64,000 bases of DNA. Source: Octopus bimaculoides. Taxonomy: Eukaryota. The stretch covers positions 8,937,919 through 9,001,918 of the forward strand of contig NC_069008.1 of NCBI RefSeq assembly GCF_001194135.2, in the 5' to 3' direction. This document shows, piece by piece, positions 23,728 through 36,800 of this stretch. The notes under the pieces are model-generated. The model made no database searches, was not told where the DNA came from, and was given only the letters and a program-made list of their open reading frames with translations. Every line of letters begins with the position of its first letter. Position 1 is the first letter of the stretch. Made by a program: the position numbers and the translations under genes.

Positions 23728-24999
23728 TGAGGTGCGTTCATTAAAGATTTCCTCTGACCCACTTCCAGTTATTGCAGGAAACAGAACTTGTACACATATA
23801 ATCATGCATGTCTCTACACGTCACATTGTAAATTGCAGCTTTCCACTAGTATTCGTTTGTCTATCAAGTGAATTAAGATGTTATAATGGAAGCAGTTGAA
23901 TGCAGATCAGTGATCAGGTTCTTTTACTTCTTAGGTCGGGCACCAAAAGAGATTTTCAATAAGATGAAAGAAGTTTATAGTGATGATGCATCATCATATA
24001 ATGTAGTCAAGCACTAACATCACCAGTTCAAATATGGTTGGACATTGGTGGAAGCTGCTCCTGGATGACCACATTCTGCCATTGATGACAGCACCATCCA
24101 TAAAGTGGAAGCTTACCATTTTGGAGGATCACCACATAACTGTTCAGCAACTATCCCAAGAAGTGAAGATAAGTGTAGGATCCATTGACAAAAATGATCA
24201 TTTGCATATGCGGAAGTTGTCTGCACAATGGATTCCCAGATGCTCACACCTTTTCAGAAGCAGGAACAAGTCAATTTCCCCCAGGCTCTTTTGGCAACGT
24301 GCCAAGAAAATGAGGTGGACTTTTTCGGCAGACTTATCACACAGGATGAAGCATGGGTCCATCACTATGATCCTGAGACTGAAGTGAAGTCAAAGCAATG
24401 GAAGCATGATAACTCACTACCTTCAAAGAAGGCTCATGTCCAACCCTCAGCAGGCAAGGTGATGCTCATGGTCTTTTGAGATCAGCATGGAGCAGTGATG
24501 ATGGATTTTCTGGCAAAGGGCACCACAATTAACTGGGCATTTTATGCTTCTCTGCTGCAGAAATTGTGGGACGCCATCAAAGCATAGAGGTGTGACATGC
24601 TGACCAAAGGAGTCTGCCTTCTCCAAGACAATGTCCCAGTTCACAATGAACATGCTGTCCAGGTAAAAGCACACTCCTGTGGCTATGAAATCCTTCCTCA
24701 TCTCCCTTATTCTTCCTACCTTGCACCATCTGACTTCCACCTCTTTCCATCCATGAAGTCTTATTTGATGGGGAAGTACTTTTTGGATGATGATGAACTT
24801 ATCTCCAAAGTAACATCTTGGCTCTAGATGCAACCGACTAACTTCTACAGATGAAGTCTTCACAGCTGCAAAAAGTGATGGGAGAAATGTCTCACTATTG
24901 GTGGGGGCTATATAGAGAAGGACAGGGAATTATACCAAATTTTGTTTATCCCAGTCCTTGGGAAGTGGGTCAGGGGAAATATTTAATGAATAGCCCTCC
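23728..24999 (+). mobile_element. Full-length (~1.27 kb) decayed mariner element
   Basis: Imperfect ~35-bp TIRs (TGAGGTGCGTTCATTAAAGATTTCCTCTGACCCACTTCC vs the reverse complement at the right end) with TA on the right flank. Transposase motifs ITQDEAWVHHYDPE, LQDNVPVH and PYSSYLAPSDFHLF, with frameshifts. Confidence 0.92.
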
Positions 25000-25026
25000 T
25001 ATGTACCACACAGCCATATTTGAGCC

Positions 25027-25102
<76 letters not shown>

Positions 25103-26546
25103 TGTGTGTGTATATACATATGGATATATGTGTGTGTGTGTGCATGTACGTGTGTATCTATATATATATGTATAGTTCTGGCTGTGTGGTAAGAAGCTTA
25201 ATTCCCAACCATATGGTTCTGGGTTCAGTCCCATTGCATGGCACCTTCTACTATAGCCTCCGGCTGACCAAAGCCTTGTAAGTGGATTTGGTAGACAGAA
25301 ACTGTAAGAATTCCATCGTATATATGTGTGTGTGTATGTATTTGTGTGTCCTCGCATGATCACTTGACAAAGCGGTTCAGCAAAAGAAACTGATAGAATA
25401 AGTACTAGGCTTACAAAGAAAAAGTTCTGGGGTCAATTTGTTCAACTAAAGGCATGGTTACAGTCAAATAACTGAAACAAGTAAAAGAATAATATATATA
25501 TGTACACACACATATATGTTTCAACAAGTTGGAGTCACAGATACAAGAAGAAGAATATAACCAAACTATATACATATACATATATGTATAGATATATATT
25601 TATATATATATATGTATATCATCATCATTATCCTTTAATGTCCATTTTCCATGCTGGTATGGGTTGGACGGTTTGACAGGAGCTGGCCAGGCAGGAGCCT
25701 GCACCAAATCTATGTGTCTGTTTTGGCAGGGTTTTCCATGGCTTGATGTCCTTCCTAACACCAACCACTCTGCAGAGTGGACTGAGTGCTTTTTATGTGG
25801 CACAAGCACAGGCGAGGTCAGTTTTGGCAAGGTTTTTACAGCTGGATGCCCTTCCAAACACCAACCATTTTACAGTATAGACTGGATGTTTTTTTACATG
25901 GCATCAGCACTAGCAGGGTCACCAAGTAACTTGCAAGACAAAGATCCTTTGAGAGGGGAGGAGGCATAGAAGGAGATGATCTTGTGTCAAATGATGAAAG
26001 GTTATAGTGAGACAGAGGGTCAGAAACAGGTATTTTGCTGTAGAGGAGGTACCCAGCCGGAGAGAAAGAGTGACAGAGAGAGAGAGACAGACAGACAGAC
26101 AGAGAGGCAGAGAGATCAGGAATGAGGACAGAAACAGGTATGCTGCCATAAAGGAGATGCATGGTTACCCAACTGGAGGGAAGAGAAAGAGAGAGAGAGT
26201 GGGAGACAGCATGGTGGCAAAGTGTCAAGCATACTCACAAGGGACGGGGATCAGAATATAAATGGAATGGTTGAGTAAAGGAAGAGAGAGATGTAGATGG
26301 TGGCAAGTGCCAGGGCATACCCTTGAGGTTCGAAAGTCATAATATAAGTGACAGGATATTGTTAAAGAAGCGAAATCACAGAGTGAGGAGAGGAATTCAG
26401 TGAGTGGTGAAGAGCTGGGTATATAGAGTTGGGAGTGGGGCTACCAGATAGCAACAATACAGAGAAACATGGCCATGAGGACAGGATTGGGGAGTGAGAG
26501 TATATGAAGGAGGAAATGTAAGGAAGAGAAGAGATGTAAAGATGTA

Positions 26547-27824
26547 TTGGGTTATCCCATAAATAATGTGGTGTTTTCAATTGCATGAACTACAAGTCAG
26601 AGGGGAACAGGTTGAAATACCTGCATCAAATTGCCATAAAACCAGGTAGTAATTTTACCTTGTTCTTATTCTTAGTGCAAGTTTTGAAGAGTGCACTTCG
26701 ATTTTAACAGTTATTTTTTCAAAGCTATAATAGAAGTGACAAAGGAGTATATTAGCATATTTTGCTTCATGAGTTTAATAAATGCAACAACATAATGGAA
26801 AGTGTAAGGAATATCAATGCAGTAAATGGGGATCAGACAATAAGCATAAGCCAATGTCAACAGTAGTTCCAGAAATTCCAAGCTGGAAACTACAGCCTAG
26901 AAGAGAAGCCTTGTCCTGGAAGATCTGTAGAGCTCGACAAGAATGTCCTGCAAACCCTGGTGGAACAAAATCCCATCATAACTGTTGAAGAATTAGCAGA
27001 GAAGCTTGAATTTGGTCATTCAACCATTCATCAACACTTGCATGCCATTGGAAAAGTCAGCAAATTGGGTCAATGGGTTTCTCATAAACTTTCAAAGTCT
27101 AATCAAGCACAGAGAGTGAATGTGTGCTCTTCTTTGCTGTCACGTCTCACAAATGAACTTTTTTTAGATGAAATAGTGACTAGTGATGAGAAATTGGTTC
27201 TTTATAAAACTGTCAAGTGCCAAAGACAGTGGGTAGGAAATGGAGAACCACCAGCATCCCAGGTTAAAGAAAGTCTTCACCCACACAAAGTGTTGTTATC
27301 TGTTTGATGGGATGTGAAAGGTTTAGTCCACTTAAACCCAAACCAAATTATAACAAAGGAGAACTCCTGCAAGCAGCTTGAGTGGCTTAAGTCAGCGCCA
27401 AAAGGAAAATGACCATCTTTGGTTTCAAGACAAAAGGTATTCTTCCATCAGGATAATGCTCAGCCACATACAGCAAGGATGACATTCCAAAGGCTGGAAC
27501 AGTTTGAATGGGAAACAATGTCCCACCCCCCATATTCACTAGACATTGCTCCATCTGATTATAATTTATCCTACAGTCTTCAAAATCATTTGGATGGAAA
27601 AAATATGAATTTTGTAGACAAGGTCAGAACAATACTGGAGGAGTATTTTTCATCACAGACAAGTGAATTTTGGAAGAGGAGCCTTACAAGTCTACCAGAT
27701 AGATGGAAGAGCATTGTAGAAAATGAAGGAGAGTATATTTTAGATCAAAAAAGAACTTTGTTTATATTAATTTTGAAAAATAAAAGAAGTATAAAAAAAC
27801 AGCATTATTTATGGGATGACCCAA
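26547..27824 (+). mobile_element. Full-length (1278 bp) decayed mariner element, second family
   Basis: TA-flanked TIRs TTGGGTTATCCCATAAATAATG / CATTATTTATGGGATGACCCAA (1 mismatch in 22). Motifs IVTSDEKLVLY, FHQDNAQPH and HPPYSLDIAPSDYNL. Confidence 0.93.
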
Positions 27825-27829
27825 TAGTT

Positions 27830-29115
27830 TGGTTTGTTGGGGTAGGGTGTGTGAAAAGTTTTCTTGTTATGTGAATCACACAATGCTTCTAGAACTCAGT
27901 TTTGCTGATGTGGGTAGGTCTTCTCAAGAACCTCAGATCACAGGCATTTTGGTCCGTTGTCATTTTCTCAGTGAGGCCCAACATCCTGAGATCAGTCCTG
28001 ACCACTTCATCCCATGTCTTCCTGTGTCACCCTCTTCCATGGATACCATCCACTTTTTTATGCAGCTATCCTCATTCATTTATTCATGTCCAAAACAACA
28101 TAGTCTTCTCTCTTGCATGCTACATTTGATTTCTGTTATGCCCACCTTTTCTCTCAATACATTTGCACTTAGTCGTACATGTATACTGATGTTGCACATC
28201 CAAGAGAGCAAACTACCTTCATTTCTCTCCAGTCTACGCATGTCTTCTGCATTCAGAGCTCATGTCTCACTATCATGAAGTATAGCCATTCACACACAAG
28301 CATCATACCTTTCACTCTGAGAGAGAGTCCTTTTGTTGCCAACAGAGGTAATAGCTCTCTGAGCTTCCTTCACTCTATTCTTATTCTAGAAACAATACTT
28401 TCAGAGCATCCTCCACCATTGCTAATTTGGTCACCTAGGTAACAGAAACTATCAAGAGAGCCTCCTGGACATTTGAGAGAATATAAGTTCCATGTGCTCT
28501 TAGTGATTATTGTTCCAACACATCTGCCATATACAAAGACAACTTTATCTGTTAATCTACATGTAATGCCACTGCACCACTTATGTGTCCATAGTTTACA
28601 TTGAGTGCAGCGAATGGAATTTCTTTCAACTCCTTTCCCATATATTGAGTAGGACCATTCACCTAACAGAAAGAGTTTTATCTTCTCTCTTACTAGTAAC
28701 TTTGTCTTTGCTAGGTTGACTTTAAGGCCCTTTGATTCCAGGTTTTATTTCCATATCTGGAATTTCTTCTCCAATTCTGCTAAAGATTCTGCAATAAGAA
28801 CAAGGTCATCAGTAAATAGCAGTTCTCATGAGTATTCTATTTTGAATTCTTCCATTATGGCCTGGAGGACTATAATGAATAAGAGTGGGCAGAGAACTGA
28901 GCCTTGGTGAACCCCCACTTATATACTAAATTCATCACTGTATTCATGGTCAACTCTCACCTTACTGACAGCTTCACTGTACATGGCTCGCACAGTTCTC
29001 ACTAACCATTCATCTATCCCTAGTTTCCTCTAACAAGCCACTCCTCTACTACTAACTTCCTTAGAGACCACCAGATAACGGAGCAGGGAACTTTGTCGAA
29101 AGCTTTCTCCAGGTA
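27830..29115 (-). mobile_element. RTE-clade LINE reverse-transcriptase remnant
   Basis: VGVHQGSVLCPLLFIIVLQAI...ELLFTDDLVLIAES...GLKVNLAKTKLLV with in-frame stops. Confidence 0.85.
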
Positions 29116-29169
29116 AATGAAGGCTAAGTACAATGACTTACTTTTGGCCAAATACTTTTCCTATATATA

Positions 29170-29209
<40 letters not shown>

Positions 29210-30117
29210 TATATATGCATNNNNNNNNNNNNNNNNNNNNNNNNNNNNNNNNNNNNNNNNNNNNNNNNNNNNNNNNNNNNNNNNNNNNNNNNNNNNNNNN
29301 NNNNNNNNNNNNNNNNNNNNNNNNNNNNNNNNNNNNNNNNNNNNNNNNNNNNNNNNNNNNNNNNNNNNNNNNNNNNNNNNNNNNNNNNNNNNNNNNNNNN
29401 NNNNNNNNNNGGGGGGGGGGGTACAAAAGGAAGTCTTGCCCGGTTTTCTTAATATACGTACAAAGTCAAAAGTTTTGAGGATTATTCGATTAAATCAACC
29501 ATGCTTTATTTTATCGATCCTAAATGGGTGACAAACAAAATTGACTTCAGAGGGATTTGAACTCGCAATATAAAGAGCCGTAGCTAAACACGACGAGCTA
29601 TTCGGTGGGAAGAGCTTCAGTTAATTATACCGACCTCAATACTTAATAGGTACTTTAATTTATCGGCTCTGAAACGATATATGGCAAAGTTGACCTCGAT
29701 GGGATTTGAACTCGGAACGTAAAGAACGAGAACAAATACCGCTCTTACAATAAATAAATAATATTCGCTTCTATTACAGAGATTTGTGTGTGGAGCAACT
29801 CCAAATCATTACATTATTTTATTGACCGTGAAAGAATGAAAAGCAGAGTCGATTTCGGGGGTGATTTGAACTAAGAACGTTAAGCCAGAAGCAATGCTGC
29901 TAATCGTTTTGTCCAGTGTGCTAACGATTCCACCAGCGAGCCCCTCAAATAAATAAATAAATAACAGTTTTTTTTTTTGCTCATTTCAAATATGAGAGGA
30001 GGAGGAGGAGGAGGAAGGAAGGAAAAAGGAAACAACGGGAAGAAGACGAGAAGACAAATGAAGAAACGAGAATAGACGAGAGTTTAACGAAGTCAAGCAA
30101 GCGGAAGTAGCAGCAGC

Positions 30118-30412
30118 CTTAATGGCACAGTGAAGTAAAGCATAAAGAGAGAAGGTGAGAGGAAGGAAGAGGAACCAAACTGATAAAATAGAAGGGGATC
30201 AAACAGATAAACCATATATATATATAGAGAGAGAGGGACCGAATAGATAAAGTATATGTATAAATAGAGAGGGGGATAGAGAAGCAGAGCTGGAGCAGAC
30301 TTGTTTTATATATAGGACAGTGAGTAAGAGGGAGAGAGAGATAGACATAGGAGCAAGAGAGGGGGAACATCATTAAGGCTTATGGCACACTGAAGACTTG
30401 ACGAATACTTAC

Positions 30413-30449
<37 letters not shown>

Positions 30450-30830
30450 AACAGAGGGGGGTAGAAAGAAAGATAGAGAAATCAAACCGAAAAAAACAGA
30501 GAGACAGACAGAAACGGAGCTGGAACTGCCTTGTTTTATAGGACAGTGAGAGAGAGAAGGGAAGTCAGAGACATATATATAGGAAGGCGGAGTGAGAGAG
30601 AGAGAGAGACATAGGAGGAGTAGAGGGGGAGCATCTTTCATTCAGTCTTATGGCACACTGAAGTCTTGACAGACATATACACAGCACAGATGTAGAGAGA
30701 GGGGGACAAAAAGAGAGAGAGAGAGAGATACACGCAGAGGAAGAGACAGAGAGAAGGTAGAAAGAGGCAGAGAGCAGGACGGACATTGGACCAAGGTGGA
30801 GAGGACTCCTAACATACACACACTGCCAAT
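30118..30830. repeat. Degenerate ~265-bp tandem repeat of conserved motifs in GA-rich spacers
   Basis: CTTA(A)TGGCACA(C/G)TGAAG at 30118, 30379 and 30647; GAGCTGGA...CTTGTTTTATA..GGACAGTGAG at 30287 and 30517. Confidence 0.7.
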
Positions 30831-31080
30831 TCATATATATATATATATATATATATAAGCCTCTNNNNNNNNNNTATATATATATATATATATATATATA
30901 AGCCTCTCCTAAAGAAACTCAAGAGGAACCTTAATTACAAACTTATTGATTTTTCAATCTTAACTAAAATATTAAACAAACGGCATTGACTTGTATAACA
31001 CACTCTCTCTCTCTCTCTCACACACACACATATATATGTATATATATTTATATTTATACACTCTTAACTAAAGGTGTATA

Positions 31081-31122
<42 letters not shown>

Positions 31123-31833
31123 AGGAATCAATTTTGTGGTAACACAGAAGACAGATAAGGTATTCTTTATCCAAAGGTATTGATATATATATAATTCAAT
31201 GTTGTATTTTTTTAATTACTTTTGATTTTCTGAAATGTTTAAACTTAATTCTAGCTATATGTATTGTTACATGTATGTTTAAATTGTTATATATATACCT
31301 ATGTATACGATGTGTATAGTTGTTGCTTATCCCCAGATCAGACCCGTCATTCGAAGGTATTTCAACGATGACCATCTGGCCTGTATATCTGGGATTACAA
31401 ACCCCACTCTAATTACAAGTCGTGGTGGTGGTGGTGGTGGTGGTTGGGGTTCTTTGATTGCTTCTTATTTCTAGGTCTAATGCCGCGGAGTGGCGCCCTC
31501 GTTGGCGCTACATGTCTAGAAAACATGTTACGCAAATTTGTCGAGTAGATGGTATTTGCACATCCATCTATCTATCTATCTATTTATTTATCTGTCTGTA
31601 TCTATATGAAGTGAGAAAGCTTTTGCGTATGAATGAATGTATGTTTGCAACAAACTGACTGTTAAATGTTTTGTGCGTGTGGAGAGAGAAATACGTCGTA
31701 TATTTATGTATGTACAACGCCAATTTGGTTCTGTGTGTATAGTATATATGTATATACACGCACATGTATATATATAAGCATTGGGAATTTAAATGTAAGT
31801 GGCATGTGATTTTAGTATGCGGGTATGTGCTTC

Positions 31834-31864
<31 letters not shown>

Positions 31865-32630
31865 GCTTTTGTACTAAGAGAAATATGTAACGTATGTATT
31901 ATTTAGCGATTTGCGTTGTGTGTGTGTGTAACGGTTTGTGTTTTATGTCCGACTTTCCATGCTAGCATGTGTAAGGTGAATATATTACTGCGACATTGTT
32001 TTTACTACTGGATGCTCTTTCTGTCGCTAACCCACACCTACTTTTTAAATATAAGATCTGTATTTCCCACGACGTCTTCGAAGGCTTAAAGCCATCGGGT
32101 GGTTGGTTTGTTCACCGGTGAAATGACACCATCATCGCTTGTAGCTCATGATTCTTATTGAGAAGTGCAAATGTATCCGCATACGCACACATGCATCGAA
32201 AGAGACTGATAGAATAAGTACTAGGGTAGAATTGTTTGATTAAAATCCTTCAAGGAGTGCTGAAACAAGGAAACGAATAAAGAATATATATATATATGGC
32301 TATATTTGGCATCGATGGGCTTCTTTCAGTTTCTATATACCAGATCTACTTACAATTCGTTAGTCGGCCTGGGGCTGAAATGGAAGGCACTTGCTCAAGG
32401 TGCTGTACAGTGAAATAGAACCCGAATTATGAACGGGAAATAAACATTATCATATAGTTATACCTGTGTGTGTGTGGAAAATGGACGTTAAATGATGATG
32501 ATTATATATTAATAACTTGGTGAAGGACTCGGTATACTTATGCCTCAGAACGAAGCGTTAGTCGAGTGCTGAGCGGTCATGAGAAAATGAGAGGACAAAG
32601 GAAGAAACGATTATCTTTTGAACTTCATTA

Positions 32631-32710
32631 GCATACAGCTGTTTCGGCTATAAGATGCTGTGAGCTCACAGTTGAATGCCTGATTAACACTTTATAGCTT
32701 AAACAGAGCA
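32631..32710 (-). pseudogene. Degenerate hammerhead ribozyme remnant
   Basis: Minus strand: GCT CTGTTTA A GCTATAA...TTATAGC C GAAAC AGCT GTA TGC. Stem II, stem III and GUA are retained; the core has two substitutions. A related remnant lies at 38041-38130(-). Confidence 0.5.
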
Positions 32711-32998
32711 TCAAATATTTGAGGACACGAAAAAGCAATAAGCTAATGATGCTCATAAGGTAATTGTTTATTCCTTTGTCATCTCATTTTCTCAAATCAT
32801 CATCATCGTTTAACGTCCGCTTTCCATGCTAGCATGGGTTGGGCGATTTAACCGAGGACTGGTGAACCAGATGGCTACACCAGGCTCCAATCTGATTTGG
32901 CAGAATTTCTACATCTGGATGTCCTTCCTAACGCCAACTACTCCAAGAGTGTAGTGGGTGCTTTTACGTGCCACCGGCATGAAGGCCAAATATATGTA

Positions 32999-33039
<41 letters not shown>

Positions 33040-33534
33040 TCTTTATTCGTTTCCTTGTTTCAGCACTCCTTGAAGGATTTTAATCAAACAATTCTATCCT
33101 AGTACTTATTCTATCAGTCTCTTTGCCGAATTGCTGAGTTACGGGGACATAAACACCAGTTGTCTATTGGTGATGGGTGACAAAGACCCCTACACACCAC
33201 ACACACACACACACACACATATGATGGGCTTCTTTCAGTTTCTGTCTACCAAATCCACTCAAAGCCTTGGTTGGCCTGAGGCAATAGTAGAAGACACTTG
33301 CCCAAAGTGCTAGGCAGTAGGACTTCTTACCACCAGCCATTCCTGTGCTTGTATATTATATACATATAAATATATATATATATATGTGTGTGTGTGTGTA
33401 TGTATATATAAATGTTATATATTATATATGTGTGTGTGTATATAAATGTTATATATTATGTATTTGAGTTATTCATTTCTCTGAGGCATATTTATATATG
33501 AGCTGAAACACCATGTTATTAGTATCACTATACT

Positions 33535-33800
33535 TCAGATTCAATCACACCTTAAGCTTCAGACACCGGAATAAACGAAAAACTACCAAATTATCCAGTT
33601 ATATATGGTTCTTAAAAGAACAAGGTGTCAACTACAAGATTTACTGGAAGATCTTAGCCAAGTGTAAATCTTATACCAGCATTAGTGGCAAGTGCAGTCT
33701 TTGTAATATGGAAAGATGACTCATCTGAAAATGTTCCTTGGAGCCGGCTACATGTTTAAATTCAAGAACTGAACTTTTTGGATCATGTCCACATCTTACA
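33535..33800 (+). mobile_element. Penelope-like element GIY-YIG endonuclease 3' fragment
   Basis: SFRHRNKRKTTKLSSYIWFLKEQGVNYKIYWKILAKCKSY...KCSLCNME, followed by LNSRTELFGSCPH. Confidence 0.8.
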
Positions 33801-36800
33801 AAATACCTGTTACGGTTTTGCCCCACACCCCAAGATCATGGCTAGAATCCACATTTCTACTATGTTCCTGCACAAGCTTTCCCATATGTTTTAACTTCCA
33901 TTAATTTTTTATTTTTTATATATAATTTTACATTTTTTTCATTTTTAATTGTGTGAGTGTGTACATGTGTGTATATGTATGTATATATATATATATTATG
34001 TATGTGTGTGTGTGTATGTATATCTGTGTATGTGTGCAAGACTGTCCAGTGCATATATGCAACTTTCATGCGCACGCCCTCTTCATTTATACAGATATGC
34101 TTATGTTTGTATATATGCAGGAGTGTGAATGTATGTCTGTATATATTTATACATTTAAACGTCTAAATACGTATGTATTGTGTTATGTGTATGCCTGTAA
34201 GCACCTATGTGTATATGAGGACAAGGTTGCGTACACACACGCACACATATATACATGTGTGTGGATATGTGTGTATGTATGAGTATGTACATATGTTTGT
34301 GTGTATGTGTATGTATGTATACATGTTTGACTAAATGTGTACATCTGTAGACGTGAACGCAGGAGGTTTATATCTGTCTTTTGAGAATATGGTCGGGTGT
34401 ATTTTTTATCTTTTTTCTTTTTCTATCTATTAGAGTAACTTCCCTTCTTTTATTCAACTGCTTTTTCATAGTGTCTGTTGCCATTAATCTCCGACAAGAA
34501 AGTATCGTAGCTCTTTGCTCCAACATTCGAAACTCCGAGTACTATAACGATAACCTTTTACTGTTCTAATTTATAACATATATAAATAATCCTTATTTAT
34601 CTAATATCGAGGTCGCATTCTGTTGTTGTTACTTTTTATTATTATATATATATTGGCCTGCCTGTCTAGCCAGCAGAATGGCATCATTAGAAAGTTCCAA
34701 TAATTTGAGGAAACGTATTGTGGCTAGCGGTGTAGTTTAGTTAATACAACGATGATATATACATCTAGCTCATTATAAAGCATAACTGCGAATATGGTCT
34801 GTGATGGTACCAGCTAGTTGGATGGTGAACATGGTGGTTGAGTTATACACACAGTAGATAAAAGCTAGGAGACAGGTTTTGTGTGGATAGTAGAAAAGAC
34901 ATCAGGTAGCTAGATGCCAGATATTCTTGGCAAAAGAAATTAGCAGATGTTTATCAATGTTCAGCAATGAAAGAGTCTAAATGACAGTGTCTCTGCATGG
35001 ATCAAAACATCTTTGAGGGGAGAATGTATACAGAATGATAACGGCACAGTAGCCTCCACTGATGTGAAGAAGTGGTTTGGAAATGTTACAATGAGAAGAA
35101 CACATGGAAGGAAGGGGAGCAATTCCAAACTGACTCAACAGGAGGATCAGTTAGTGATTTTGGGAACTGTAAAACGTAGAAGTTAGATTAAGGATATGAA
35201 GATGGGGAAAGCAACTGGAACATCACAGGCAGTTGCTCAGTTACTGACAGTATTTGAAGTAGGAAATGTGTTAATCACTTGTTTAATTAATTGGTAATGT
35301 GATGTCGTACTAAATAACTGGGAGTGTTGTGACGTCATCATTATCAAATGGTAGAAGGGCAAAGGAGATCCTCTAGGAAGAAGCCACTGCAGAGGCATCT
35401 AATTGATGGACCATATTATAAAAGTAATAGTAAAACTTTAGAGCACAACTGATTAGGAATGGAATTAGATACAGTGCAGTTGGAGGTATGAGCCAGGGCA
35501 GGACACTACTAATACCATCTTCCTAGAGAGGCATTAACCAAAGTTATTTGCCATGAGTGAACCACTATATCAAGCATTTGCCAATCTGGAGAAGGCCTTG
35601 GACAGGTAACACATTTTGTAGTCTGGTATTTGCTATGAAAACTTGGTATGGTTTGGTATGACAGCTATGCAAGCCATATACAGAAATACTGTCAGCAAGG
35701 GCAGTATTAGCAAAGTATTAGAGTTCAGTGAGGAATTTAATGTGCAGGTGACACTTAAAAGGCACCTGTGCCAGTGACACATAAAAGACTCCCAGTACAC
35801 TCTGTAGAGTGGTTGATGTTAGGAAGGGTATCCAGTTGTAGAAATATAGCCAAAACAGATGACTGGAGCCTGGTGCAGCTTACCAGCTCCAGTGAAACCA
35901 TCTAACCCATGCCAGCATGGAAAGATGATGTAGATGTCCACACTTCTAGCCATGACAGGGAAGTTTAAAACTTAGATGTTGTGGGAACTACTGTATGCTG
36001 ATGACCTAATTCTCACCGCTGAACCTGTAAAGAAATTCCAAATGTGGAAATAAAGCCTACCAATGAGATTCATGAAAATAAACCTAAGAAAGACAAGTTT
36101 TAGTTGGCCATGTTTGATATGCAGAAAAGGAGTAGATAAGAATACCATATGGTGTACAGTGTAGGGTTCACAAGTGATGTGGTAGGACTAAAGGCAGACT
36201 GTGAGGGGACATTGTATGCTGCAGATGCACTTCTGTTGTTTTAAATATTCTAAAGGGTTGCTAATCTCTAATTGTGGAGGGAATCTGTGGAATGAGGTGG
36301 TGAAATATGATCTTCGGCTGTTGAGTCTCACGGAGGCCATGACAAGTGACTGAGACTTCTGGCGATTTGTTGTGCTTGAGAAGACCTGTCAAGCTGAGTG
36401 AAATTATGATTTACGTGTCACCAGTGCTGGTGACACGTAAAAGACACCCAGTACACTCTGTAGAGTGGTTGGTATTAGGAAGGGCACCCAGCTGTAGAAA
36501 CCATCCCACAACAGATGACTAGAGCCAGGTGCACCTTTGAAGCTACAAGACGATGCATGATTAATTCAAGACAGTGTGAATAAATAAGCAGAACATTTGA
36601 CAGTAATCTGAATGCAAAAGGGTTAAACCAGCTGGTCTGGGAGTGAGGACACTGTATATGCTTTTATTCTTTTACTTGTTTCAGTCATTGACTGCAGCTA
36701 TGCTGGAGTACTGCCTTAAAGGGATTTTTAGTCAAAGAAATTGACCCCAGGACTTATTCTTTGTAAGCCTAGTACTTATTCTATCGGTCTCTTTTGCCGA

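Larger units (their letters stand above)
29411..34700. promoter_or_regulatory. CpG-retaining block, candidate promoter/TSS zone upstream of PPP4C
   Basis: CG dinucleotides are visibly more frequent here than on either side, even within old repeats (by eye, not counted). An ETS-like GCGGAAGT lies at 30101-30108. PPP4C needs an upstream non-coding exon because the ATG exon begins at an acceptor. Confidence 0.35.

Noticed and set aside
30118-30830. CRISPR-like repeat-spacer array
   Set aside because: Eukaryotic context, only three degenerate repeats, ~240-bp low-complexity spacers and no cas genes.
30841-30910. Duplicated (TA)n-AGCCTCT around a 10-N gap
   Set aside because: Typical contig-overlap artefact.
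31489-31504. CTCF site (TGGCGCCCTCGTTGG)
   Set aside because: Only the half core matches and the spacing is one base short; too weak to call.
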